From an uncultured Actinomycetota bacterium (GTDB lineage Bacteria > Actinomycetota > Actinomycetes > Streptosporangiales > Streptosporangiaceae), in NCBI GenBank assembly GCA_963769145.1, contig CAVYKS010000009.1, positions 586,919 to 650,918 on the forward strand: 64,000 bases of DNA. Reading direction: 5' to 3'. The position numbers and the translations under genes were made by a program. Under the pieces are notes generated by a model. The model was not told the DNA's origin. It did not search any database and was given only the letters and a program-made list of their open reading frames with translations. Of the stretch, positions 28,421-38,900 are shown one piece after another. The stretch's first letter is position 1; each line of letters opens with the position of its first letter.

Positions 28421-29638
28421 ATGCGTGTGCTGTTGTCGACCTATGACTCGCGCGGGGGCGTTGAACCGCTGCTGGGACTCGCGGCCGGGTTGCAGGCACT
28501 GGGCGCGGAGGCGCTCGTGTGCGCGCCGCCTGACTGCGCGGGGCGGCTGGCCGAGGTCGGCGTGCCGCTGGTGCCAGTCGGCGAGCCGGTGCGCCAGTTG
28601 GTGCACGGGGTGAGGCCGCCCTCGGCGGCCGACGTGCCCCGGATCGTATCCGACTTGATGGCCGCCTGGTTCGATAAGGTCGCCGCGGCAGCCGACGGAT
28701 GCGATGCGCTGGTGGCAAGCGGCCTGATACCGGCCGCCGCGGCCGCGCGGTCGGTGGCCGAGAAACTGGGCATTCATTCCGTGCACGTGAGCTACTTCCC
28801 GCTCGCCCTGCCGTCGCCGCAGCACCGGCCGCTCCCGCTGCCGGGCCGGCCATTCCCGCCGGATGTGACCGACAACCGGGCGCTGTGGGAACTTGATGCC
28901 CAGAGCTATAAGGCGCTGTACGGCCCGGCGCTCAACACCCATCGCGTGGCGAACGGCCTGCCGCCGGTGGACAACGTCCGCGGCTACATCCTGGGCGACC
29001 ACCCGTGGCTGGCGGCGGACCCAGTCCTGGCGCCCTGGCAGGAGCCGGCCGACCTCGACGTGGTGCAGACCGGCGCGTGGATTCTGCCCGACCAACGGCC
29101 GCTCCTGGCCGAACTGGAGGGGTTCCTGGACGCCGGTCCGCCACCGGTGTACGTGAGCTTTGGCAGCATGCGCGCCCCGGCGGACATCGCCCGGGTGGCG
29201 ATCGAGGCGATCCGCTCGCAGGGCCGCCGCGCGCTCATCGCCCGCGGCTGGGCCGGCTTGGCCCCGATTGACGACCAGAGCGACTGCCTCGCGGTCGGCG
29301 AGGTCAACCAGCAGGCACTGTTCAAACGGGTGGCCGCCGTCGTGCACCACGGTGGTGCGGGCACCACGACCACCGCCACCCGAGCCGGCGTCCCCCAGGT
29401 GGTGGTGCCGCAGTGGGGGGACCAGCCGTACTGGGCCAGCCGGGTGACTGACCTGGGAATCGGCGTGGCTCATGACGTGCAGGCTCCGACCACCGAGTCA
29501 CTGACCGCCGCACTCAGGACGGTCCTGACCCCCCAGACCCGCGCACGAGCGACCGCCATAGCCGGCACGATCAGCGTCGACGGGGCGACGGAGGCCGCGA
29601 AACTGCTACTCGACGCTTGTCAGGCCGGTTCAGCCTGA
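28421..29638 (+). CDS. GT1-family glycosyltransferase (MGT/Gtf-like, UDP-sugar dependent)
   Basis: MRVLLSTYDSRGGVEPLLGLAAGLQALGAE is a GT-B N-domain start. The C-terminal donor-binding motif is VVHHGGAGTTTTATRAGVPQVVVPQWGDQPYWA. Confidence 0.85.
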   Translation: MRVLLSTYDSRGGVEPLLGLAAGLQALGAEALVCAPPDCAGRLAEVGVPLVPVGEPVRQLVHGVRPPSAADVPRIVSDLMAAWFDKVAAAADGCDALVASGLIPAAAAARSVAEKLGIHSVHVSYFPLALPSPQHRPLPLPGRPFPPDVTDNRALWELDAQSYKALYGPALNTHRVANGLPPVDNVRGYILGDHPWLAADPVLAPWQEPADLDVVQTGAWILPDQRPLLAELEGFLDAGPPPVYVSFGSMRAPADIARVAIEAIRSQGRRALIARGWAGLAPIDDQSDCLAVGEVNQQALFKRVAAVVHHGGAGTTTTATRAGVPQVVVPQWGDQPYWASRVTDLGIGVAHDVQAPTTESLTAALRTVLTPQTRARATAIAGTISVDGATEAAKLLLDACQAGSA

Positions 29639-31087
29639 TGGTCGCCGCGTCCGCGCCCGCCGAGAGGTCTGCCAGCTAGGTCATCGATGCCCATGGATTC
29701 GGACTCAGCCATTATGACCAAAGATTTTTCCGCGGCGCCGACGACCCCGAGGTCGGCCCTGATGTGCAACTCAGCGGCCGTGATCAGGAGCGCGTCGACC
29801 GCGGCCGGCCCGTCGTCCCGGGCCTGGGCCAGGGCGTGCAGTTGCCTGAGCAGATGCGCTCGCTGCCGGCTGAGGACCCCAGCCAGCGTGTCCTGGTCGC
29901 CGGAGGGGCCGGCCTGGGCCTGGCGGGCGCGTCTGAATTCACCGGGCAGCATCCGGCTGGGCTCTATCTGATCGCAGTGGCCGCCGTAGCGGCAGGGGTC
30001 GTCGTGACGGCGTGCGCCGCGCTACTGCCAGCTCAGGCACTGCGACGTCTGCCGGCCGCGCATTTGCTGGCCGAGGAGTAGGCCCGGGGACAGCGCCAAG
30101 CGTCGCGGTGGGCTGGCTGAGCATGGCGTTCGCGGCTGGCTGGCAGGCGACGGACGGCGGCCGCCATCGCGACGGCGGTTGCGGTGGCTGCCGCGGCTGC
30201 GGCGATCACCGTCGTAGAAATCGGCGACAGCCAGGCCAGGCACGTTGCTACCGGACCCCGGCCGGTGGCGCACCACCCGCGACCGGTCAAGCTCACCACG
30301 GTGATGGTGCGCCGCGTCGCCCGGGCGTCCGACCTCGCCCTAGCGTCGGCCGGCCATGTGCTGGTTGCCTACGCCGATGTGGTCGGCTCGATCCCAGATG
30401 GATCGGGGACTTTGGATATTAGTTTTCCGGCCAGAATTTCAATAGCCTTTCGTGCTTGGGAGACTTTTCGTAAATGGGAGGCTGCCGCATAACTAGTGAT
30501 CTTGTTTGTCAAGAGCGGTGGCCGGGGGGCGTCCGCCGGCCGCGGGGGCGCTGAGCGCGGGGAGCTGGCGCGGGGGCTCGCCGTGGCGGCTCGCGCCGGA
30601 GGCTGCGGTGGAATGCCGAATTCATACCTCTTTTCCCAGCTGGATGTGGCAATCCATCGCGCCGGGTCGCGGGGGACCGGCAGCGGCCTTCCGCGATCAT
30701 GGCCCGGCGCGTGAACGAGTTACGCGACAGCCGCATAGAGCGGACAGCTCTCCCAGACCATGGAAACCGGGTCCCATGCGCGAGCCGTGACGATCTCGCT
30801 AAGCTCGCGTCACGGCATGATTCGCTGCTTCGTCGTCGCCGTAGTCGCGGGCAGCTTCGCTACGTTCTTTAGTTCAGGCGAGGCGAGTTGAGGCCGCCGA
30901 TGTTGAGCGAACCGGCCGCGCCCGGCCGCTGGGCGGCCTCGGCTTGGATGATGTAGGTTCGCGGATCCTTGTCGACCGCCGGCACGCCGGCGTAGTTCCG
31001 CGCCTCGAAGGCCGCGGTTCGTCAGCTGCATGCATGGCCCTCAGGACACTCCCGCTAAGTGCAGTCGGGCCCCGATAGGGTGGCGTT

Positions 31088-31666
31088 GTGGTGGGTCACT
31101 TTGAGAGCTTCTTCATCACAAGCGCGGGAGCGTCCGCTGCCATCTTGGGGTTGCTAGTAGTCGCCGTATCGGTCGTCAATGCCGATGACGCGAACCCCAC
31201 AACCCGAGAGCTGCGAACTGTGTTGGCCGGGAGCGCGTTTGTGTCCCTGGTAGACATCTTCATCGTCTCGATCGTGGCCTTGACCGGTGGCTCAGTCGTC
31301 TTCGGGCTATCGAGCCTCGCAATGGCAGCCGTCGGCCTGCTGGCGACCAGAGGGCTGATACCGAGGGCACAGCGGGCTGGGAATTTCTCCCGTAGCTCTC
31401 GAACCAGAACGCTGAATATCGCCTTCGCGTCGATTTCGGCTGGGAGCTACACACTCCAGCTCGGCCTCGCCGTAGCGCTCCTGGCGAACACCCAGAGTGC
31501 CGGGCTGCAGCATGCTTTGGTCCTCGTCCTGGTGGCTCTGTATTGCAGCGCCCTTGGTCGGGCATGGGTGGTCACCGGGATAACCCGTCGTGCGCCGGGC
31601 GACCCGGCCAAGGCTGAGCCCGTCGCCGACGCCGAGCCAGCGGCGCCGCTGGCGGCTCCGTCTTGA
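31088..31666 (+). CDS. Hypothetical 4-TM membrane protein
   Basis: 192-aa ORF (GTG start) with four clear hydrophobic helices and a Pro/Ala-rich tail. No family recognised. Confidence 0.45.
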   Translation: MVGHFESFFITSAGASAAILGLLVVAVSVVNADDANPTTRELRTVLAGSAFVSLVDIFIVSIVALTGGSVVFGLSSLAMAAVGLLATRGLIPRAQRAGNFSRSSRTRTLNIAFASISAGSYTLQLGLAVALLANTQSAGLQHALVLVLVALYCSALGRAWVVTGITRRAPGDPAKAEPVADAEPAAPLAAPS

Positions 31667-31807
31667 CCTCGCCGTTTGTCCGTAGGCCGTCAGGTCGCCG
31701 TTTCTGGTCGCGAATAGCATGTGCCCGCCTGGTTGGCTCGGGTACGATTTTTAGTGATATCCGGTATGTGTAGTGGCAGGGACGGCACCGTGAAAAGGGC
31801 AGACGAG

Positions 31808-32134
31808 ATGGGCGGAGGCCCGGCGGGCGGCGGAGGAGGGCAGATCGTGATAGCGCCCGCACGCCAGGACATCCGCCCGGGTCATGACGGCGACGTGATC
31901 TTCGAGGTCCGTGAGATTTCGGACGGCGGCCGGGCCTTGCCGGTCTTCACGACCGTCGGGCACCTGGTGGAGACGCTCGGCCCTGACCAGCCATGGGTCG
32001 CGGTGCCGCTGCGGAACATCCAGACGATCATGGGCGGCGCGGGCGTGGACAGAGTCGTGATTGACCCCGTGGCCCAGCCCGGCACGTGGCGGTGGCAGCC
32101 GAGCGACCTGCAGGCCCTGATCGGGAGGCAATAG
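31808..32134 (+). CDS. SseB/SAV_915-like small protein
   Basis: LPVFTTVGHLVETLGPDQPWVAVPLRNIQTIMGGAGVDRVVIDP resembles the SAV_915/SseB-type family as I remember it. ATG 31808 is chosen (108 aa); the longest ORF starts at 31721. Confidence 0.5.
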   Translation: MGGGPAGGGGGQIVIAPARQDIRPGHDGDVIFEVREISDGGRALPVFTTVGHLVETLGPDQPWVAVPLRNIQTIMGGAGVDRVVIDPVAQPGTWRWQPSDLQALIGRQ

Positions 32135-32136
32135 TT

Positions 32137-32466
32137 GTGTTGCTAGCAGACGGTGGCGGTGGAGGCGGATTCCAGGTCGTGATGTCGGACCTGCTCGACG
32201 CGTCGGCCACGTTCCGGACCGAGGCCGCGACGTACAAGGCGATCATGCCCGACGACGGCCCGGCGTGCCCGGATGGCGGAGACGGCGCGTTCAACCAGAG
32301 CCTTCAGGCCGTGGTCCAGATGATCGGCGCCCTGCACCTTCAGGCCTCCGGCGTGATGGACGTCGATTCCGCGAAGCTGAAGAAGGCGCACGACAACTAC
32401 GCGCACACCGAGGAGAGCCTGACCCAGCTCTGCAACCAGATCAGCTCCCCGCTCAAGATCAACTAA
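32137..32466 (+). CDS. Small helical protein, candidate type VII secretion substrate/partner
   Basis: GTG 32137 lies 8 nt after a gggagg SD (32123-32128). About 110 aa, predicted helical. The C-terminal region carries DNYAHTEE, a YxxxE motif shared with the Esx pair of this locus. Confidence 0.5.
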   Translation: MLLADGGGGGGFQVVMSDLLDASATFRTEAATYKAIMPDDGPACPDGGDGAFNQSLQAVVQMIGALHLQASGVMDVDSAKLKKAHDNYAHTEESLTQLCNQISSPLKIN

Positions 32467-32485
32467 CGTCAGCGAAGGACGAACC

Positions 32486-33868
32486 GTGTCTGGTACCGCT
32501 ACCTTGCCGACGAGATCCCTCCTGCCGCTGGCGTCGTTCAGCTACAACTGGGTGGGCGGCGACATCCACGGGCTTGCTGCGTTCGCAGGCACGCTCTATG
32601 GCTACGTGCCCGAAATGGAATCCGTGGTCACCGCCCTGAACAAGAAGGTTGACCAGATCGTCACCGACGCGGGCTGGCGGGGTTCGGCGGCTCAGGCGTT
32701 CACCGGCAACTGGGAGAAGGTCTCGGCGGAGGTTAACGCCGTCGGGCTGGTAGTCATCCAGACCGGCAGCGTCGTCGACCAGCTCGCCTCGAACCTTTCC
32801 AAGATCGAGAATGCGCTAGAGAGCGCCGCTGGCAAGGCCGCGGCGCATGGCGTCCAGGTCGGCGCCGACGGGCAGCCACCCCAGGTCTGCTACAGCAACA
32901 AGACCCAGGAGGACTGGCGGGTCGGCTACGACTCGTTCTACCAGCAGTGCAAAGCCGACGCCGAGAATGCCCGGGTCGAGGCGGCGGGCGCACTGGTGAA
33001 GCTCGGCCAGGCGATCACGCCGGGCAAGCCCGGCGGCGACTCCGGCGGCACTCCGGCGAAAGTCGGCGAGGGAAACACGATCTCCGCCCTGCTGCTCGAC
33101 CTGGTGGCATCGAAGACCGCCTACGCCAACAAGGTTGCCGACATGTTGGACGAGGTCACCGCCAAACTCGGAAAGGCGCAGGGGGCCTGGGAGGCGGCGC
33201 AGAAGGCTGCCCGGCAGGCAAGTGGCCGGTTCGGCGTGATGCCCGACGATGTCAAGGCCGAGCTGGCGGACGTCAAGGGCGAAGTCGCCTCGGTGGAAAA
33301 GACCCTGACCAACGCGCAGGCCGATGAGAACGCGATCTCCAAGCTGTTCGGCACCCGCCTGGATGACCTGCCGGGTCTCGGCAAGGTCGTCGACGGGCTC
33401 CCCGCCGGGCTCAGCGACGCCAAGCTGCTCTCCAAGGCGCTCGACCTCCCCGTGGTTGACGTCGTCGCCGGCGGCATCAGCACGGTACTCAACGCTCAGC
33501 AGGACATCAGCAAAGGTGTACCGGCTTGGGCGGCCTACCCGCTCGAAACTGGAGTCACGGTAGGCAGCATCGCCCTGGCCACGGCCGCCGGCGGGGCGGT
33601 CGCCGGGCTCGCCATCTTCGCCGGCGCGCCTGTGCTCGGCGTGGCGGCGGGCGTCGCCGCGGCCGGCGTGGTCGCCTACGGCGTGGGTGACTTTGCCCAC
33701 AACTACATCGCCGACTTCGGCGAGCAGTGGAAGGAACACGGGGCGCTTGGCATCGTCACCGACTTCGGCGCCGCCGGGGTCGATACCTGGCACGACACCG
33801 AGCACCTGGCCTCCGACGTCGGTAGCCTGGCCAAGAGCGCGTGGCATGGCATCACGTCCCTGTTCTGA
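32486..33868 (+). CDS. WXG100/LXG-like N-terminal domain protein with C-terminal glycine-zipper transmembrane region (candidate T7SS effector)
   Basis: The N-terminal ~130 aa form a helical hairpin with DAGWRGSAAQAF (W-x-G). A long Ala/Lys/Glu-rich helical middle follows. The C-terminal hydrophobic stretch is GSIALATAAGGAVAGLAIFAGAPVLGVAAGVAAAGVVAYGVG. Confidence 0.6.
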   Translation: MSGTATLPTRSLLPLASFSYNWVGGDIHGLAAFAGTLYGYVPEMESVVTALNKKVDQIVTDAGWRGSAAQAFTGNWEKVSAEVNAVGLVVIQTGSVVDQLASNLSKIENALESAAGKAAAHGVQVGADGQPPQVCYSNKTQEDWRVGYDSFYQQCKADAENARVEAAGALVKLGQAITPGKPGGDSGGTPAKVGEGNTISALLLDLVASKTAYANKVADMLDEVTAKLGKAQGAWEAAQKAARQASGRFGVMPDDVKAELADVKGEVASVEKTLTNAQADENAISKLFGTRLDDLPGLGKVVDGLPAGLSDAKLLSKALDLPVVDVVAGGISTVLNAQQDISKGVPAWAAYPLETGVTVGSIALATAAGGAVAGLAIFAGAPVLGVAAGVAAAGVVAYGVGDFAHNYIADFGEQWKEHGALGIVTDFGAAGVDTWHDTEHLASDVGSLAKSAWHGITSLF

Positions 33869-33886
33869 ACCTGGAGGCGCCACGGG

Positions 33887-34642
33887 ATGGGTTTGTTCGA
33901 TCGCTCCCCAAGCAAGCTGTCGGGCAAGACCACGCTGCTGCTGACCGGCGACCCGGGCGGCGCGCTCGTTGACGCGGCGCGCCTGTACGACCCCGGTGCT
34001 CGTGCCTGGCGCGGCAGGCTGGTGTTCCGCAACGGGGTGCTGCTGTTCGGGCCGGTGACGCTGACCCCCGAGCTGGAGCAGCAGGCTGAGCTGCCGACCG
34101 GGATGGCAGTCGCCTACTACGCGGAGGCGGCCCTGCAAAGGCACAGGGACCGACGCAGCCTTGAGGCGAAGCAGCGCGACTGCGACCGCCTCGTTCGTGG
34201 CCTGGCGGACCGGTTCGGCGGGACCGTCAAGTACGCCGGCGCGCCGCCGGACCTAGCTCTAATCACGTCCGTGTACAGCGAGCAGGCCGTGGCCCCTGAC
34301 CAGGTGATCGAGGTGCTGCGTCCTTACGGCGGTGACTTCAAGATCGAGGACCAGGATCAGGACACGTACAGCCTTAGCGGCAAGGGGACCTATTTCTATG
34401 TCGCCTACTGGTCCCCGCGGCTGTACCTCGAGTTTGACGCTCCGCCCGCCGTCCGCGCGACGGGCTCCCGGCCGCTGCATCACTGGGATCTGCACCCTGG
34501 CTCGGGCAGGAAGCACATCGCGCCCGAACTGGCCCGCAGGGTCGGTGAGGGGGCGCTCGCGCTCGCCGGGCGCTCTGGCGGCGTCGCGCTTGACGAGCTC
34601 AGGTTCCCCTTCACAAGCGCCGACGACCTCCTTCGACGTTAG
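33887..34642 (+). CDS. Hypothetical cytoplasmic protein (no family recognised)
   Basis: 251-aa ORF with a ggagg SD about 11-15 nt upstream. No TM segments or signal peptide. It sits between the candidate effector and mycP. Confidence 0.55.
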   Translation: MGLFDRSPSKLSGKTTLLLTGDPGGALVDAARLYDPGARAWRGRLVFRNGVLLFGPVTLTPELEQQAELPTGMAVAYYAEAALQRHRDRRSLEAKQRDCDRLVRGLADRFGGTVKYAGAPPDLALITSVYSEQAVAPDQVIEVLRPYGGDFKIEDQDQDTYSLSGKGTYFYVAYWSPRLYLEFDAPPAVRATGSRPLHHWDLHPGSGRKHIAPELARRVGEGALALAGRSGGVALDELRFPFTSADDLLRR

Positions 34643-34650
34643 CTACACGA

Positions 34651-35925
34651 ATGAGCCGGATCGGTGTAGTGGTGCTTGGCGCGGTGCTTGCCACCATGGC
34701 GGTGGCACCCGTGACATCGGCTTGGGCGACGCCTAAGCCGACGCCCAAGCCGTCGCCCAAGCCAACGGTCGTCCGGCGGAAACCGGCCCGGCCGTCCCTG
34801 CCTGTGCCGGTGGCCACTATGCCCAGGCCTACGCAGAACTGCCCGGGCCTGCCTGCGGCCTCGCGGGTCACCAGGGAGCCGTGGGCTCAGCAGGCGCTGG
34901 AGTTCAGTGACGTGTGGCCGCTGACTCGGGGCCAGGGTGTCACGGTCGCGGTGGTGGATAGCGGAGTGGACTTCAGCAGGCAGCTCACCGGCCGGGTCAC
35001 CGCCGTCGATCTCACCAAGACCGGGCTGGCCGACTGCGTAGGTCACGGCACGTCGGTGGCAGCGATCATCGCGGCCAGCGACATTCAGGCCCAGGGCATG
35101 CCATTCGAGGGCGTGGCGCCCGCCGCGCGGATCCTGTCGGTCAAGGTGTACAGCCAGAACAGCAATGCGCGCATCCTGGCCGACGGGATCCGCGACGCGG
35201 TTCTCCTTGGTGCCCAGGTCATCAACGTCTCGATCATCACGGCCAATACCCCCGGGCTCCGGTCGGCGGTGGACTTCGCGCTGCGCAAGAACGTCGTGAT
35301 AGTGGCCGCGGGAGGAAACGACGGAACCACCACAGGCACCGGCCCGTTCTATCCCGCGAGCTATCCAGGCGTGCTGTCGGTCGGCGCGGTGGACTCCAGC
35401 GGTGCGCTGGCGACGTTCTCCGATCGGAAGTCGCACGCGGCGGTGACAGCGCCCGGCGTGAACGTCACCAGCGCGTTCCCCGGCGGTTACCAGCAGGACA
35501 GCCTGACCGGGACAAGCTTCGCCACGCCATTCGTGTCAGGGGTCGTCGCGCTGGTGCGATCGCGCTACCCGTGGCTTACCGCGCGGCAGGTCGTGGCCAG
35601 GATCGTGGCCACCGCGGACGGCGGGGCAGGTCAGGGAACCGGCAACGGGCTGGTCAACCCCGTCGAGGCGGTCACCGCGATCCTCGGCAGCGGGCCCGCG
35701 CGGAACTCGTCACCGTTGGCCACGGCGCCGGTCTCGGTGTCCAGGACACCGCCGCCGGACCGGACGGCCCGCTCAGCCATCGAGGCGACTGGTGGCTCGC
35801 TCGGCGCCGCGGCCCTAGTCGCCCTCGGCGCCATGGTCTGGCGAGCGGGCCGACGGCGCCGATGGCGCGCCGGGCTGGCGCGGGACGCTGCCGATGACAG
35901 CCTCGCCGACAGCACGTGGCCTTGA
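34651..35925 (+). CDS. mycP: Type VII secretion-associated serine protease mycosin
   Basis: Signal peptide, then the subtilisin triad contexts VAVVDSGVD, GHGTSVAAIIAA and GTSFATPFVSGVVALV. The C-terminal TM anchor is AALVALGAMVWRAGRRRRW. It is embedded in the ESX locus. Confidence 0.9.
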   Translation: MSRIGVVVLGAVLATMAVAPVTSAWATPKPTPKPSPKPTVVRRKPARPSLPVPVATMPRPTQNCPGLPAASRVTREPWAQQALEFSDVWPLTRGQGVTVAVVDSGVDFSRQLTGRVTAVDLTKTGLADCVGHGTSVAAIIAASDIQAQGMPFEGVAPAARILSVKVYSQNSNARILADGIRDAVLLGAQVINVSIITANTPGLRSAVDFALRKNVVIVAAGGNDGTTTGTGPFYPASYPGVLSVGAVDSSGALATFSDRKSHAAVTAPGVNVTSAFPGGYQQDSLTGTSFATPFVSGVVALVRSRYPWLTARQVVARIVATADGGAGQGTGNGLVNPVEAVTAILGSGPARNSSPLATAPVSVSRTPPPDRTARSAIEATGGSLGAAALVALGAMVWRAGRRRRWRAGLARDAADDSLADSTWP

Positions 35926-38900
35926 CATCTCGATCGTGTGCGGTGTGCTGGACGCTGGCGGGCGTCGTCCGTCGTCGAGCAGCGCCACCTGGACCAGTCG
36001 GCTGCCCGTGCGGCGTTCGACGAAGAAGCCGCGGCCGGGCGGTTGAGCCTGTGCCTTGACGCCGCCGATCAGCGCACCCTCGTCCTTGGCCCCCGACATG
36101 ATCACCCCAGGGGAGCCCATCTCGCGGGCACGCTGGATGATCGGGTCGAACATCGCGCGCCCGGCGCCACCCGCCGACCGGGCCAGAATCAGGTGCAGTC
36201 CGATGTCTCGGGCCTGCGGGACGAGGTCGGCGATCGGGAGCAGCGGGTTGGTGGCCCCGGCCACGAGGTCGTAGTCGTCGACGATCAGGAACAGATCAGA
36301 ACCGTCCCACCAGGAGCGGCTGCGGAGCTGCTGGGGCGTCAGGTCGGGCGGCGGCAGCCGCTGGGTGAGCGCCTCGCGCACCTCGCCGATAATCGGCGCC
36401 GCGGCGGCCGAGGACGCGGCGTAGCCAAGCGTGAGCTCCGATTCCGTGCTGTCCAGCAGCGCCCGGCGGTAGTCGATGAAGATCAGCCGGGCCTGGTCGG
36501 GCGCGTACCGCTCGGTCACGCTCTCGGCGAGCAGGCGCAGCAGGTTCGACTTCCCGCACTCGGCATCGCCGAAGACCAGCAGGTGCGCGTCGGCGCCGAA
36601 GTCGAGCAGCACAGGCGACAGCGTGCTCTCGTCCACGCCGAACGCGATCTTCGTGCCGGTCTGCGCGGAGCCGGGCAGCGCGGTCACCGGGAAGGAGTCG
36701 GGCAGCAGCCGTACCCGCGGCGCGCGATCGGCGGGCCAGGCCATCGCTACCGTCTCGGCCAGCTTCTGCACTCCCTCGGCCAGGGTGTCGGGCGAGGGCT
36801 GGGAGTCGATGCGCGGCAACGCGGTCAGGAAGTGCAGGCCGTCGCGGGTGATGCCGCGGCCCGGCGAGGTCTCGGGCACGTTCGCCGCCAGCTTCCGGTC
36901 GATCTCGGATTCGTACGGGTCGCCCAGCCGCAGCTCAAGCCGGGTGCCGAACAGGTCACGGATCGCGGGGCGGAACTCCGTCCACTTGCCGGCCGACGCC
37001 ACGACGTGCACGCCGTAGCCCAGGCCTCTGGCCGCGATGGCCGTGACCTCCTGCTCGAGGTCCTCGAAATCCTGGCGCAGCGTCAGCCAGTCGTCCACAA
37101 CCAGGAACACGTCCCCGAACCCGTCGCCGGTGATCTTGCCGCTGGCGCGCATCGTCCGGTACGCGGAGATCGACTCGATGCCCTGCCCGGCAAACTCTTT
37201 CTCCCGGCGGGTGAGGACACCGCGCACCTCAGCGACCGTGCGCCGGACCTTGGTCGTGTCGAGCCGGGCGGCGACGCCGCCGACGTGCGGCAGCGCGCCC
37301 AGGCTGCCAAGCGATCCGCCGCCGAAGTCGAGGCAGTAGAACTGCGTCTCGGCCGGCGTGTGCAGCAGCGCCAGCGAGCAGATCAAGGTCCGCAGCATGG
37401 TGGACTTGCCACTGCGCGGCGCGCCGACGACCGCGGCGTGACCGGCAGCGGCGGAAAGGTCGACCCACAGCGGGTCACGGCGCTGCTCGAATGGCCGGTC
37501 GACGATCCCGGTGACCGCGCGCAACCCGCCCCGCAATTGCGAGTTGGGCACCGTGCACCCGTGCTGCTGGGTGATCATCAGCGAGGGAAGTAGCTCGCCC
37601 AGCGTGGGCGGCTGGCCAAGCGGCGGCAGCCAGATCTGGTGCGCGTCCGGCCCGTGCCCGGCGAGCTGCCCGACCACGATGTCGAGCAGGGTTTCCGCCC
37701 GGCCAGCCAGGCCCGCCTGGTCGGCCTGAACGGGCTCCTGGCCGTCCGGTGCCATCTCCGGCCGGATGTAGCCGGGACCGAACGGCACGATGGCCGGGCG
37801 CATCCGGGTCCGTTGGGTCCTGGCTGGCTCCGCAACGGCCGACCCCGAGACGTAGGCGGCCTTGAACCTGGTCATATCGTCGGTGCCGAACTTCAGGTAC
37901 CCGCTGCCCGGCTGCGGCGGCAGCTCGTAGGCGTCGGGCACGCCGAGGACTACGCGCGACTCCATGGCAGAAAACGTGCGCAGGCCGATCCGGTAGGACA
38001 GGTGCGTGTCGAGGCCGCGTAGCTTGCCTTCCTCAAGACGCTGCGAGGCGAGCAGCAGGTGCACGCCGAGTGACCGGCCAAGCCGCCCGATCATCACGAA
38101 CAGGTCGATGAAGTCCGGCCGGACGGACAGCAGCTCGGAGAACTCGTCGATGACCACGAACAAGGTGGGCACGGATGGCAGGTCGGCCCCTTGCTCGCGG
38201 GCCCTGGCGTAGTCACGAAGCGAGGCGTTGCCCGCCGCCCGCAGCAGCTCCTGTCTGCGAACCAGTTCGCCGTTCAGCGCGTCGCGCATCCGGTCGACCA
38301 ACGGAAGCTCGTCCGCCAGGTTCGTGATCACGGCGGATACGTGGGTCAGCCGTTCAAGCCCGAGGAATGTGGCGCCGCCCTTGAAATCCACGAGAACGAA
38401 GTTGAGCGCATCGGAGGGGTGCGTCAGGGCCAGGCTCAGAACCAGCGTCCGCAGCAGCTCGGACTTGCCGGACCCGGTCGCGCCGATGACAAGGCCGTGC
38501 GGGCCCATGCCGCCCTGCGCAGCCTCCTTGATATCCAGCTCGACCGGCTGACCTTCGGCGTTGGTGCCGATCGGCACTCGCAGTCGGCCGCGCGGCGGCC
38601 GCGGCTGCCACAGGACCCCCAGATTGAGCGCGAACGGGCTGGCGATCCCGAGCAGCGACGTCAGCGTGGTGTCGGCCGCTAGCGGGTCGTCGGCCGCGCC
38701 GCTGCCGGGCCGCAGCGGCGCGAGCTGCCTGGCGAACGCCTCGGCTTCGGCAAGCGACATCGAGTCAGGTACGCCGATGGGCGAGCGCACCTCGGCACCG
38801 GTCCGGTCCCTGGTGATCATCTCGGTAACGCCCGAGGTGACGCTCAGGCGGAGAGCGGGGGCGGTCAGGGTCGACGGCACGGCGAGTGAGCCCTGGGTCA

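Noticed and set aside
29620-29952. 110-aa minus-strand ORF and the overlapping 105-aa plus-strand ORF (29764-30081).
   Set aside because: Neither has a recognisable domain over its full length. Only the last ~45 codons of the plus-strand ORF look like a real (FtsX-type) C-terminus, so I treat them as remnants.
31088-31666. Whether this membrane protein could be the missing EccE.
   Set aside because: At 192 aa with four evenly spaced TM helices and no soluble domain, it does not fit the EccE architecture.
35938-37593. Very long ORFs antisense to well-supported genes, for example 35938-37593(+) inside eccC. Others: 370-1479(-), 27023-28171(+), 28400-29473(-), 32816-34144(-), 41793-42884(-), 47474-48751(+), 51146-52198(+), 52244-53269(+), 60565-61386(-), 62424-63269(-).
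   Set aside because: Their translations are dominated by Arg/Gly/Pro/Ala with no recognisable motifs. Each lies opposite a gene with strong family signatures. Long stop-free antisense frames are expected in high-GC DNA.
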